This document shows, piece after piece, positions 1 through 12,100 of a DNA stretch of 64,000 nt. The first letter of the stretch is position 1. Every line of letters begins with the position of its first letter. The stretch comes from Gracilinanus agilis (taxonomy: Eukaryota): contig NC_058131.1 of NCBI RefSeq assembly GCF_016433145.1, positions 63,163,253 to 63,227,252 on the forward strand, given 5' to 3'. The notes below the pieces were generated by a model. The model did not search any database, was not told where the DNA came from, and saw nothing but the letters and a program-made list of their open reading frames with translations. A program made the position numbers and the translations under genes.

Positions 1-38
1 TCCTCCTCCTCCTCCTCCTCCTCCTCCTCCTCCTCCTC
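1..38 (+). repeat. (TCC)n microsatellite in ELMO3 intron 2
   Basis: About 12 tandem TCC units at the window start. Confidence 0.95.
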
Positions 39-72
39 TCCCATCCCACAAGCAGGAGGAATGGATACTCAC

Positions 73-486
73 ACACTGCAGACCTCCTTCAGCACTGCTG
101 CCAGGGGTTTGGCCTGCAAGGGGGAGTGGTAGGTCAGCCACCCCAGCCTCCAGGTGGAGGGTTCCCAGGCGGAGCAGGGTTTAGGCAGAATTCCTCGGCT
201 TGCCGAGGAGCTGGAGGGCAGTGGGCACGTTTAACCCTCTCTGGGCCCCAGTAAAGGGGTGGCCTGAGCTGGATGGTCTCGAAGGGAGGTCCCGACCCTA
301 AGTCCAATGACCCCGTGACTCAGGAGTGCCCGGGGCTGGGGCAGCTAAGGGCCCGGGCGAGGAAGGCGAACAGGGCGTGCCCGGGCCCAGGTGGCCGGTA
401 AGGGTTACCTGATCCAGCTGAATGAGCTGTGGGATGGCCCCCGGCATCTGAATGGCGATCTTGACCACGTTCCTGGTGGGGGCCAT
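73..486 (-). CDS. ELMO3: Engulfment and cell motility protein 3, first two coding exons (409..486 and 73..113); the gene continues beyond the window start
   Basis: Exon 1 encodes MAPTRNVVKIAIQMPGAIPQLIQLDQ (78 nt) with a GTAACC donor. Exon 2 encodes AKPLAAVLKEVCS(V) (41 nt) with CAG/GTGAGT sites. This matches the ELMO N-terminus, and the position downstream of E2F4 matches synteny. Confidence 0.95.
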
Positions 487-1100
487 GGCCCGAGCGCCGG
501 CTCAGCCGCCTGCCGGACCACGGGAAGCGGGGTCAGCGCGGGCGGGGCCGGGCGCATTCCTGAGACACGCCGGGACAGGTCTGTTCCGTCCGTTCGGCCC
601 CGCCCCCGCCCGCCCCCTGTCCCGTCCGGTCCGTGGCATTCCGGGGTTAGGGTTGGGGGGCTGAAATCCCCCCACGGCCCACCCCGGGGGCTCCCAGGAC
701 TCACCCGGTCCGCCTGCCCGCCTGCCCGCCCGGCGCGTCCTTCCCTGGGGAGCGCCCCGTAGTTCCGGGTTGGAGTCCCGGGGGTGGGACGCGCAGGGTG
801 CGGGAGTGCTCCTGGGCCGGGCTGGGCTGAGCCCGGCCCTGCCCCGCCCCCTCCGTTAAGGTGGAGGTTCAGGGCCCCAAGCACCGGGAAGGACCGGGGA
901 GACCACTCACACATCCCCCTTCCTCTTGGAGGCCACACGGCCTTTGTAAAGCGGAGCCGCCAGAACGGGAGCCAGCCTGTCACCTCCCCAGGGATAAAGT
1001 TCGAAGGCGGCCAGTTTGCTTGCGGGGCGAGGGCACGGGCCACCCCAGTGCCTCGTTCACCTGGGCCCTAGGCACGCCCTTCTACAGCACGGCCTGGGCC
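290..1100. promoter_or_regulatory. CpG island and ELMO3 promoter
   Basis: Very GC- and CpG-rich, with several GGGCGG/CCGCCC boxes upstream of the ELMO3 ATG (486). Confidence 0.85.
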
Positions 1101-1176
1101 CGAGCCTCCACTGCCAGGAGGGGCCTGCACCGGGTGCAGAAAGGAGGAAGGGGCCAGGGGAACCTTAGGCGCGGCT

Positions 1177-1182
1177 TTTATT
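1177..1182 (-). terminator. Probable E2F4 polyadenylation signal AATAAA
   Basis: TTTATT on the + strand, at the end of an AT-rich 3' UTR segment about 0.9 kb after the stop codon. Confidence 0.7.
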
Positions 1183-2095
1183 CAGACACTGTACAAATAT
1201 TACAGGCAATTTCCTTACACTGCAAAAAGTATAAAAATAATCTTTATATAGGAATCTGTTCATTCCTGTAAATCTCTCTAAATCTCTTTCCGAACATTTT
1301 CTAACTGGAGGCAAGGGGTGATACATGAACACAGGAGGCAGGGGCCACCTCCTTCCAGCCCTGGGCTAGAGGGGGCCCTCAGACTTGTGGCACAGGGATG
1401 GGGGGGGGGGGAACCCACCCAATTTGGGGAGTGGCTCAGCCTGCCTCAGCCACCTGCTGCGAGCAGCAAGTAGGCCACGTGGGGGAGGTGGTCACATTCC
1501 TGCTCCATTCAGAGATGTGGCTTGGCTCCCCTCCTCCCCTCTACAAGTTGGCAGGCCTCTGGGACTCCAAAAGAGCCTGGGGCACATTCCCCTAGTCCTA
1601 GTTAGGATGCTTGGGCTTCTGTCCACCCCCTGCCCTGGGCTTGGGAGGGGGGGGGGGGCAAGGTCCCTCTGGTAGCCTTGGGTGGGGATCTAGGGTTACT
1701 GTAATCCCTCTGCGGCAGCAGAGCCTGAGATCTGAGATGAGGTGTGGGAAGAAAAAGCCGGGGAAGATCAGGTTTTGGCCTAGAAGAGGCACATAGCAAA
1801 TGCTTTGGCTACCTGTGGGCAGAGGATAAAGATATTTGGGAGAAAGGGGTGGTGGCATGGGGTCTCTCCTCCCTCATCTGGGAGGGCAGGTGGACAAACT
1901 GGCCAGTAGCAGGAACAGGAAATCTATGACCCTAATTGTGCAATTTGGAAGGGAGGGCTGAATGGGGGCCTGGGGCTGGTCAGTCTGTATCTGGAGGAAT
2001 CCTGAGGACGGCAGACATGGGGGGAGAAGGAAGGCCCAAAGCAAGCCCAAGTCAAACAGTCTTGTCTCCACACAGCCCTAGAGGCAGCCCCAGAG

Positions 2096-5000
2096 TCAGA
2101 GGTTGAGGACTGGCACGTCAAAGAGGTCACAGACGCCTTCGCTTTCGTCCAGGTTGTAGATGTAGTCGTGGTCTCCAGGAGGAGGAGAGAGGCGGAGCAG
2201 AGGGGCAAACACTGTGGGAGGAAAAAGGAGTTGGGACTGGGCCGGTGCCAGCAGTGTCCACAGCCCTGCCCCACCCCCGCCAGGCTACCCACCTTCTGAG
2301 GACATCAACTCCTCCAGCAGCCCGGAATTCATGCACTCTGGAAGGGGAAAAGGCTGTTTGGCATACACTCCTGCTCCCACTTCACTTCTGAAGTCTTTTG
2401 GGAACAGGAGGAAGGGAGGCCCCAGCGGAGAGGGTGCCCAGAATAGGTGAGGACTCTGGAAACATGGCTTTGACACATGGACCCACAACCACCCACTGGG
2501 TCCTCATGCTGGCTGCCAGGTGATTGGAGATGCTGCTGGCCCCAGACAAGCCCAATTTCCCAGCCACAAGTTCAAGGAGAAGTGTGGGGCCACAGGTGGG
2601 CCAGGGCCTGAGATCAAGGGGCAGTTCTGGGAAGCCTTCCTAGACCTGGGTTAGGAGGCTCCCTTTTTTGTGGCTGGTGGCATCTTCGGTCTTACCAAAA
2701 TACCTTCCTAGACCACCTACAAGACAGATCCTCTGACCCCAATCTTGAGAGGTACCAAAGGGCCAGAAAATCAGATTTCAAACTGGAAGGGGACCTCCTT
2801 CTTAGCAGTATTAAGTCTTCAGAGTAAGACCCAAAGATGTATAGCGGTACAAGAATGACAAGATGAGGAAACTTGAGACCAAGAGAGAATAAATGACTTG
2901 ATAAGGATCACGAGGCTAGCCTAAGTCCAGCACTCCAACTCCACATGGGGCTGAGGCAGGGAAGGCAGCCATGTAAGGTGAGAGCAATCAGAGGACAGGG
3001 AGAACAGTGAAGTCTAGATGGTGCCCTACCTCTCGTTGGATCAAACATTTCCGACAGCTCTTTGGGGAGTTCCAGTACTGAAACAGAAAGCTAGAGTCAG
3101 GGCTTTCATGGCCAAATCCCACCATACCACCCAGTTTCAGATTATTCCTTGGGGCCTTTTAAGCCCTTGGGCCTAGCTACCACCAAAAGGCCCTGTACCT
3201 AGTACCTCTGCTCCATCCCACCTCCTTCCAGGTTGTCAAGAGGACAAGATGCTGCCATTTTCCCTCCTCCACCAACCATGCTACTGCTGGTGCAGCCATC
3301 TCAAGGCTGACCTTGCCAGGGCAAGCTGACCCTGGCCCCAGTCCTACCTACAATAAGATTGCACCTTACTGAATTGGGGGCTCAAGCTAGGTCTCCTCTT
3401 TTTCTTATTCCTTTTTCTAGGGGGTCTGGCTTCCCAGGGTAGCTGGGAAACTAAGATGCAGAGAATGGGGAGGGAGGAGGTGGGACAAAAAACCCACCAG
3501 TTCTCAATGCCCCCATGCCCCAGGGCAGGGTGTGCTAACTCTTGCCTGGGTGTCAGCAAGGGTCTTCCTATAGAGGTCCAGCCTCCACTCTCTACCCTTT
3601 GCAATTCATTTTTCACACCACACATAAGCAAAAATCCTCAGGAGATTCCCAATGTCTGTGAAATAAAGTTCCAGCTCTGCTGCATGCCAGTCAAGGTTCT
3701 TCTTGATCAGCTAGTCCTATCCTTCCTGTTTTGTCTCAGAAGCTCTTGAGAACTAATCTCTGCTTCCCCATTACATATCACTTCTATATGTACACACATG
3801 TGCAAACACACACACAAGCAAGCTATCTCCTTGTCTGCTGAATCCTTCCCACCTTACTCTTAATGTCACCACCTCCAGTAAGTCTTCTGGGATACGTCCC
3901 AGAAGGATGTCACAGAGCTCTTCTGTCCAGTGCCTCTCCAACATGTTATGCTGTATGTTACCTGACAGGTGGTGTGTCATCCCTGCCCTAGAAGATAGGA
4001 GCTGGGTCTACTGTAGCCTCATTACCTCCCTGGCACGAGGGCAGGGCTCAACAGAGATGTCCGAATAAAGATCTGCTGGAGCCCTGGGTACTAGTGTAGC
4101 ACTACTACACTGTCTGCACTGACTGGCTATACCACCCTGAGCATTAAATTAAAGGAGGAAATGAAAGTGAAGTGTGCACACTACCATCCAATGGAAGGTA
4201 GTCTTCATCTGGTCATTCCTGTGATTGGCCCATCATTGCCAAGGGTCTAGCTTCCAGTCTGAGGCTCTGCTTCTGGGACCAAGACTATGAAGGATATGTA
4301 GAGGCCTCAAATGCCCTCTCCAGAGCCCTGGGAAAGACCTCCCTTGTTGTATGTGCCACTGAGGGGGAAGGGTTTCTGAGGGGCCTCAGCCCTCTTGGTG
4401 AGCCAACACTCCCTCCTTAGTAGGCCCAAGTCTTCAGGGTGAAAACCAAAGGAAGACAAGATGTATACAGGGACAAGAACAGGGACCTGAGTATCAGGCG
4501 GTTTGGGTTCTAGTCTTGATTCTGCTGTAATTTATGACTGCTTCAATGTCTAGGCCTCAGTTTCCCCTACTGTAAAACGAAGGGTCTAGACCAGATCATC
4601 TCAGATGTCTCCTTCAGTTTTCCCATCTTTCACTAGTTGAGGAGAGAAGCAGCATGAGCTGCCCCCACCCCTTCTGCTGGGCTAAGCAAATACTCACTGC
4701 CCGTAGGATCCGGCTTGATTGGCTCAAAAGAGGTAGAAGGGTTGGGCAAGATGGAGCTGCTGTCCAAGGAGGCCGAGGACTGGAGTGGCCGCGTGTCAAG
4801 TGCAGCAGGGGAAGCAGTGCTGAGGGTACCGAGGACACTGGCATCCTTGCTGTCTGCCCCAGGGCCACTGCTGCTCCCTGCAACTATACCCCCAAGCCCC
4901 ACACTGGAGGTTAGGCCATGGGGGAACATCCTCAAAGCAAGGAGCCCTCCAATTTCCCCCATCAGTTGAATCAGATCCCAGCTTCCCAAACTAGAAGTCT

Positions 5001-8000
5001 CCCTGATGCCAACATGAGGCCAGTGGGAATCCAGAAAAGAGCTGCTAAGTCTGGGACACGTGAGGTCAATGGTTAGGGCCCAAAAGAGGACAGCCCTTGA
5101 AGTCCTTCCATTATTGGGAATGGTTTCCAGAACAAGAGAAATGTCACCTCAAGGTCTCTCAAAGTAAACAATGGACGGAATCATAACAAGATGAATATTA
5201 ATAACATGAGATCCTACACTAGAGTCCCAGAGATTGGCTGCATTAATAGGGAAGAGAGAGGTGACTTTGCAACAATTCATGTGAAGCTCAGTAGGAGTAA
5301 CGTGAAGGGGATCTCAAGCTATGTTAAGAAAGGCCTAGAAGCAATAACTCCCACGTGCTCATGGTAGTCCTCTGTGCTCAGGGCCAGGCACCACACTCTT
5401 TGAAGGGCAACAAGCTGGAGTTGGGTCCCAGGAGAACAGCCAGAACATGTTAGGGAAACTGAAACAAGGTCACTGAAGGATGATTAGAGGACCTGAGGAT
5501 ATTTATTTAGCTTGGAAAAAAGAGGGCATGACTCCTGTCTTGGCATATCTGCATAACTGTCCAAGAAGGGTTTGGCTTAATCTATGTGGCAGGGCAGGGC
5601 TGGGATCACTAGGTTCATATTGTAGAAAATTTATATGGAAGAACTTCCTAATCATCAGATTAGATTGCCCAGAGTAGAATGGGCTGCTGCTTCAAGACAC
5701 TATGATCTTATTATCATTTGAACACTAGAAGCTTTCAAGAAATGGCTGAGGCCCAGGGGGTCTGGGCCTAGAGAGCAGAAGTTGTTTTTGTTTCTTAAAT
5801 AAATCTATCTTCCATCTTAGTATCAATTCTAAAACAGAAGCATGGCAAGGATTAGGCAATTGGGGGTTAAGTGATTTGCCCAGGGTCATAAAGGTCGAAA
5901 TGTTTGAAACCAGATTTGAACCAGAGTCCTCCCAAATTTAGGCCTGATGCTCTATTCATTGTTACCTAGCTGCCCCAAGTAAGAAGTTCTTAAGGCTCTG
6001 CAAAATTTGTCTGTTAACTGCATTTGAATCTAATTGGCTTACTTGGTAATCCTACATATTTTGTTTCATGCTTTAAAATCACAATTTGGATAAGGCCCTG
6101 TGGCCCCTCCCTAGGTTAACTCCAAAGAAATTTAGGATACACACAAAAAGACTAAGAATCTCCACTGTTAAGAGGAATTCTGCCCTGGGTAGAATGTCAA
6201 TATCAAGGTTTAGTCCTTGATGCAAAAAGAAGCTCCATGTCTCCTGTGGGCTGACCTTCCATCCCTCTGTTCTGTCTATCGCAGGACAGGTTCCAGCCTC
6301 CCTCTAGTCCCTCTCACCTGGGCTGGCTGTTTGTTGCCCAATGGCACTCTGGTCCTGGGTGCTGGTGGGAGTAGAGGGGCAGGGGCTGCTGGGGATGGAG
6401 GTCTCCGGGTGTTGAGAGGATGCTGGTCTCGGCTGTGAGGGGGAAGGAATGGCTGCCTGGCACTGAAGAAGATCCTCAGGAGGAGGCACAGGGACCACCA
6501 CAGGGGGAGAACTCCATGCGTCCTTGTTTACCAGCAGCACATCGATGGGGCCACTTGTACTCCTCAAATGGATCTGATACTTCTTCTGCCCATTTAGTCC
6601 CTAGGGAGCCACAGAACTTGGCTCAGAGGTGACAACAGGGGCAACTGGAGAGAAGAGCCTGGCCAAGAGGAGAGGCTCTGCCTCATGGGCTCAAAGCTCA
6701 CACACCCCCTTCACCCAACCCCCAATCTTCCCCATCCTTCTTTTGCTGCTGTGCCACCAGGGTCTCTCGAGAAGTCAATTCTCTCTAGGCATGCCCTCCT
6801 TGCCCCACCCACCCTATTCCTGACTTATCAGCTTTAGCAGCTGGTGCTCTTTGCTGCCTGTTCCCTCCTCCCCTTTCCAAAATGCACCCACCTCAGGGAC
6901 TGGCACTTCCAGGCTGGTACCTGATGGGGCCCGAATGGCCAAGAGAGTATCCCCTGGAACAGAGACAGCAAGTTGTAGATTGAGAGCAGGCCCACAGTCT
7001 GCAAAGGCTAAGAGTGGACAGGGCAGAGCCACAACAGGTAGGATAAGGGGGGCTTTGAACACTCCCACCTCACTCCCACCCAAAATCAGTTCTGGTTCCT
7101 TCAAGGGAGGCTGGGATATCTGTCTCTTCAGGAAAAGAATCCCCAGAATGATGAATAAGAAAAATCCTCGCTCAGTGCTAAAGGCCTCCCCAGAGAGGTA
7201 CAAAAGAGATACATGGTTTTTTAAATTGGTCCTATTTACCAAAAGTTCCCTCCTGGATATAAGCTTTCACTCTGTATTACCTGGTCATATCTATGATCTG
7301 AGGAGAAATGAACATGCTCCCTTCCAGCAGCCCTATCAATCAGGAGCTAACCAATATGCATCAATTCCTAAGAAACTGTACATCCCAACTGGCAGAATAC
7401 AAGGATTCCATTCATCCACTGCCTTATCCTCCAGCATCCAGGACCCTGACATTAAGGCCCAGTAGGATCAGGTCCCACCAAGTCAGAGCCAAGAGCCTTT
7501 CCAAATACATCTGACAAGTGAAGGCATCTCTGCACATGGGAGACTGTAAGAGCTGAAGCTGGCAAAATCACAGTGAGAATGAATGGCAGAGAAGTAATTA
7601 GAAATTCAGAAGTCAACAGAAGAAATTAGAAAGTTCACAGTTGGCTGCCTTTGCTGAGGATTGCTTCCTTATCAAACATTTTAACATGCTGCTCCCTAAG
7701 GATGGTTGTCACAGTCACAGCCAAGATCAAGGTCCAACCCCTGGGCCCCAAACTACCAAGGCCAAACTTGGGGGGGAGGGGATACGGGGAGGGGGATGAG
7801 GCAGAATTCTACTTTCCCTTTCCCATCTGTCTTACCTCTTCATTCAAATTTGTCTGGACCAAGTTATAGCCATCCTCAATGACAGACAGCATAGCATAAT
7901 GAAAATAATCAATTCAGAGTTAAAGGGCCTGGTTTTAAATCTTATGCCTTCCATTAAATTGCTAGGTGACCCTAGGCAAATCACTTCCCTCTGCTACAGA

Positions 8001-11000
8001 AATAAGCTAGGTATTAAAAGGGGGAGCTCCAGGCCTGGAATCAGTACACATAAGTTCAAGTCTGACCTCAGACACTAGTGAGCTGTGAGACCCTGAGCAA
8101 GTCATTTAATCTGCTTCACATTTCCTCAACTGTAAAATGTAAAACAGCATCTACCTCCTAGGGTTGTTGTAAAAATAAAATGAGGTCTTTGTTAAAGCAC
8201 TACACAAATGATGGCTATGAATTCTCATTAGTAATATTGGGTTTTACTTTCTTCATCTATGAGAAGGCAGGGCTAGATAATTTCCTCTCTGATACCAGTA
8301 CTTCACATTCCTTCTCTGGCTCCAAGTCCTACTATAATAACTGATGAAAGAAGGGGAGCCACAGGCAGGATTTCCCAAAAGTAACCACATCTTTAAATGA
8401 ATGAGACCCACTGGCAACAATCTCCAGAGTTCTCTTAGGCAGATTACAATATCATCCATGAAAACATATACAGTCACCTCAGCAAAACTAGCTTTCACCA
8501 AGCTCTGAGCATCCACACCACCTAGCCTGATGACATATGTCATGGCCTACAAGTCAGGACTTGGGATAATCAATAAATGGGATGCCCAGGAAATAAGAGC
8601 CAACCTCCCTGTTCTTTACCCCCAAATAGAGCAAAGAGGAGCCTTCCATAAGCAAGAGTGGCAGCCTCTTTCCCCTGATCACAGGTGCCCGCAGGTCTCC
8701 CCTCCCCCCACTGACTCTGAACTATAAACCACAAAGCTGCCCAGCTACTGGCAGGTCAGTCCTGACCTGTCACCACATTAGTGACCCTTTCCCCCTGAAA
8801 ATCATCTACACCTGCTTGTTGTTGCCATCTTCAAACACTTAGTGAATGGGGGGGGAAGGAAGGTGGTCAGCTGGGGGGGGCAGAAGAATGTTGAGAAAGG
8901 GGGCACTCAACCATCCAAGTTTGCTCACTCACCCACTGCCCAAAAGCCCACTCACCTGTGAAACATTTGCAGATATCCTCATGAGTGACATATGCTAGGG
9001 TGCCAGGGGTTAAGGAGAAGAGCCAAAAATTCTGCTTAGGGGTTAGACTATGAAGGCAACAGGTTAGAGAATTCCTTCCTTGTAGCTCTGAAGTTCCACA
9101 TGGTACTGAGAAGAGGGGAAGTTCAGAGATTATTCTGCTACAGAGCCAAGTCTAAAGTAAGGGCAACTCAATGAAGCCCTCCTCCAAAGCAAAGACACCA
9201 CAAGTCTTTGCCTCCAATCTGTCCCACACATGGGATACAAAAAAAGGAGTCCTGGCAATCTCCTGATGCTTCTAGGGTAAAGTTCCCAAGAAATTACTGA
9301 GTTTAACCTGGGCAGAAAGAGGGTCTGAGGAGAAGGAACAATGACAAGAAGCCATCAGAAAAGACCTCAAGCCAGGGAATTCTGCTATCAAATTAGACTA
9401 GTGGCACAGGAACTGCAACAGGTTATGAGAAATGACAGGAAAGGGACCAGTTCTGGGACCAGTACTTGAGAGCTAGTGCCAGTCCTGAACAATGGCTTCA
9501 TGAAGCATGTTGTGGTAGAAGGTACACTGGCCCTGGAGTCAAAAGACTGGGTTTTTAATCCCAGCTAAAACTAAGAAGTCAATTTCTCTCTCTGGAGCTC
9601 AGTTTCTTAACCAGTAAAATGGAGATAATACTTATACTATCTACCTCACTGGCTTGTTGTAGGGAAAATGTTTTGTAAACCTTAAAGCCCTAGGAAGCAG
9701 TCCAGCATTATTATTTTAGGCCACTTTCTTTTTTCTTTTATTCTGCTACTTTCTATCTTTCCTTGCAACACCCAAAACTCTTCAGGGTGTGGCCTGACTG
9801 TATCTCTCCAAGACTTCAAACAGCCTTTGCCTTGCCCGGCCTAGATCGTTGTCTCCCTAATCCCTGGGTTTAGTAACTCTGACTTCAGACCCAGCTGTGA
9901 ATCTCACTTTGACACTTACAGCTATATTACTTTGGCCAAGAAGGATCAACTCAGAGCTTCATAATTTTCCTCCTTGTTAAATGTAGATGATTCCTATACT
10001 ACTAACTCCACAGAATTGTTTTAAGGAAATTACTTTGTAAACCCTGAAGAGCAGCCAAAACAGAAACTATTATTATGAATGACTCAGGATGGTGAGGATA
10101 TCAATTGTTCTGCACATCTTCAGTGACATTCCGGATGCTTTGCTGGACCCAAACCTTGTGCTGGTCCAACTCCTGCTCTCTCTGCTGAAGCTCCTCAATC
10201 TCGGCCTTCAATTCGATGAGCTTGTCTGCTATTTCCCTGGTGTTACAGCCAGGTCCCACACCCCTATATTCAGGCCCCAAGTGGGGAGAAATGGATGAGA
10301 AAAGAACTCCCAAAAACCTCTGTCCCTAGTGTAGGCATCCTTCCACCCAGGGCCTACCACTCAGAGAATTTGCTTCCTTTCTCCCATAGGCCTCAGTCAA
10401 AGAGGCTCCTCAGTCTCCTTTTAGAATTCTTTCTGCCCTGCCTTCCCCAGTACTCACTTCCACTGGATACTGTTCTTCGACTTCTTTTCAATTAGCCCAA
10501 TTCCTTCTAGGACATTCGTGATGTCATAGATTCTCCGCTTCTGCCGAACAGCCAAAGTGTCTGCTGCCTATAAGAGAGAGAAAGGAAATGCTTTAGCTTG
10601 TCTCTTAGTTTCAGGCCACAACCACCACCACCACCACCACCACCATTTCTAAGCCACTTTGGCACCAAAAGCTCAGGGCAGCCCAAAGCCACACATAACT
10701 TCTTAGGTTAACTTTGTTCTCCCAACTACTCCTCATTTCTAGAGTCTCTTTGTACCTGTGCTTTGCCCTACAAGCCTGAAACACTTCCCCTGCCTGACTC
10801 AGTATAAATCTCTTGCTCTGTGGTCCAAAATTCAAATTTGTTCCAACTTGGTTCTCCTCCAGAAACCTGACTAGCAAAAGGAGAATCTCCATTCTCTAAT
10901 TGCTCTCTCCCCCAGCCTTTCCCCCTTTACCTGCTTTTCAGTCTTTCCAGGAATCCTTCCCCTTTTCAGGTTCCTCATTGATCAGTCCCCCACACCCCAG

Positions 11001-11789
11001 ACTCTAGTTCTCCCCAGTCTTGTTCAGATCTCCCTCCATACTCTGGCCTGACTCCCCCTGATCTTTGGGTTGTTGGTTAAACTTCCACCTTCCAGTATTC
11101 CCCCAAGACCCTCACCTCTCAGGCCTACCTCCTCTTTTAACAAGCATTTATTAAGCTCCGACCATGTACCAGGCACTGTGCTAAGCTGGGGATACAAAGA
11201 AAAGCAGAAAACAGTCCTTGCCCTCAAGGAGCTCACAATCTAACGGGGAGACAACATGCAAACAACGATGTACAAGCGAGCTATGAACACGATGACCTGG
11301 AGATGATCAATAGAAAGCCCGAATTAAGAGGGCCCAGGAAAGGCTTTCTGTAGAAGGTGGAATGTTAGCTGGGCCTCTCCAGAAGGTAGGAATGGAGACA
11401 GGAAGGAAAAATTTGATTCCAATGGTACCCTCTTCAGCCTCTCTCCTCGCAAGCCATTCTCCTGGAGACCCCCTGCTGCTCCCTCCCCCCGCCCCGCTCG
11501 TCCCCGGTGTCCGGCCCCGGCCCCCGCTCGTCCCCGGTGTTCGGCCCCGGTCCCCGCTCCTTCCCAATGTCCCCTGCTCCTCCCCAGTGTCCGGCTCCGG
11601 CCCTCGCTTGTTCCCAGGTTCCCCCGCGGGGCTGGGCCGGGTCCGCACCAGTTTCAGGTCTAGGACTCCGTCCTTGGCCTCCTGCAGCAACGACACAAAC
11701 TTGGTCGTGAGCAGCCCCAGGCTCTTCTCGTGCCGGCTCGGGGTCCCGGGAGGCGGCGGCGGCGGCGCCTGCGGCCCGGACTCCGCCAT
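2096..11789 (-). CDS. E2F4: Transcription factor E2F4, 396 aa; exons 11649..11789, 10458..10567, 10102..10263, 8956..8999, 6892..6953, 6318..6600, 4698..4877, 3030..3077, 2293..2337, 2096..2211
   Basis: Recognisable segments: [47 protein letters not shown]; [37 protein letters not shown] (DNA-binding domain); marked-box region; C-terminal [23 protein letters not shown] pocket-protein-binding motif. Exons sum to 1191 nt and all phases are consistent. The exon 7 acceptor could be 4877 or 4883. Confidence 0.97.
5100..5740 (+). mobile_element. Degenerate CR1/L3 LINE 3' fragment in E2F4 intron 6
   Basis: Resembles the L3 ORF2 C-terminus and 3' end (aagctggag...ccaggagaacagccag...ttggaaaaaagaggg). 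Confidence 0.55.
5795..5976 (-). mobile_element. SINE1_Mdo-like SINE
   Basis: Reverse complement of the ggggcagctaggt...tcactt aacccc...ttgccta...ttctg consensus. Confidence 0.8.
9000..10101 (-). other. E2F4: U12-type (minor spliceosome) AT-AC intron 3 of E2F4
   Basis: 5' splice site ATATCCTC at 10101..10094, branch site TCCTTAAC at 9016..9009, 3' end CAC at 9002..9000. Splicing joins TG+C into a Cys codon and keeps the frame. Confidence 0.93.
10621..10644 (+). repeat. (ACC)8 microsatellite in E2F4 intron 1
   Basis: accaccaccaccaccaccaccacc. Confidence 0.95.
11140..11370 (-). mobile_element. L2 LINE 3' end fragment
   Basis: aacaagcatttattaagc...ccaggcactgtgctaag...ccctcaaggagctcaca is the reverse complement of the L2 3' tail. 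Confidence 0.7.
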
Positions 11790-12100
11790 AGCAGCCTGCC
11801 TCCCTAAGCCCAGGCCAGGCCGGCGCCCGCCGCCGCCACTTCCGCTTCCGCTCCCCAGTGCCCCGGCCGGCAGCAAGAGCGACACTTCCGCTCCGCACTT
11901 CCGTTCAAGCCCAGCTCGGGGCCTGCGCGTGCGGGCATGCGCCCCTGCTGGCCCGCTTCCTCGAGTCCTCGGCGTTCCAGGAACCCCGAGCAAATACCTT
12001 TCACTCGGAGAGCCGCAGAATCCCAGGGATCATGGGGAAAAGTCCAACCTCTACGGACAGCGAAAACAACCCAGGCTTCTGTTGGTTACCAGATTTGGCT
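11440..12100 (-). promoter_or_regulatory. E2F4 CpG-island promoter with clustered ETS (CGGAAGTG) sites and an NRF1-like site
   Basis: CACTTCCG at 11837, 11883 and 11896; CTTCCG at 11845; tgcgcgtgcgggcatgcgc at about 11924..11942. Confidence 0.8.
11491..11610. repeat. GC-rich 30-bp minisatellite in E2F4 intron 1
   Basis: Units at 11491..11520 and 11521..11550 differ at 2 of 30 positions; two degenerate units follow. Confidence 0.8.

Noticed and set aside
391-1271. Several 95-212 aa ORFs over the ELMO3 promoter
   Set aside because: Stop-poor GC-rich CpG island; Pro/Gly/Arg-rich translations with no recognisable domain
3884-3905. 9-bp hairpin with a TACG (UNCG-like) loop
   Set aside because: Too short to exceed chance, A-U closing pair, and the tetraloop is on the non-transcribed strand
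6814-7465. 204-aa (+) and 142-aa (-) ORFs in E2F4 introns 4-5
   Set aside because: Only 6892..6953 is E2F4 exon 5; the rest has no recognisable homology
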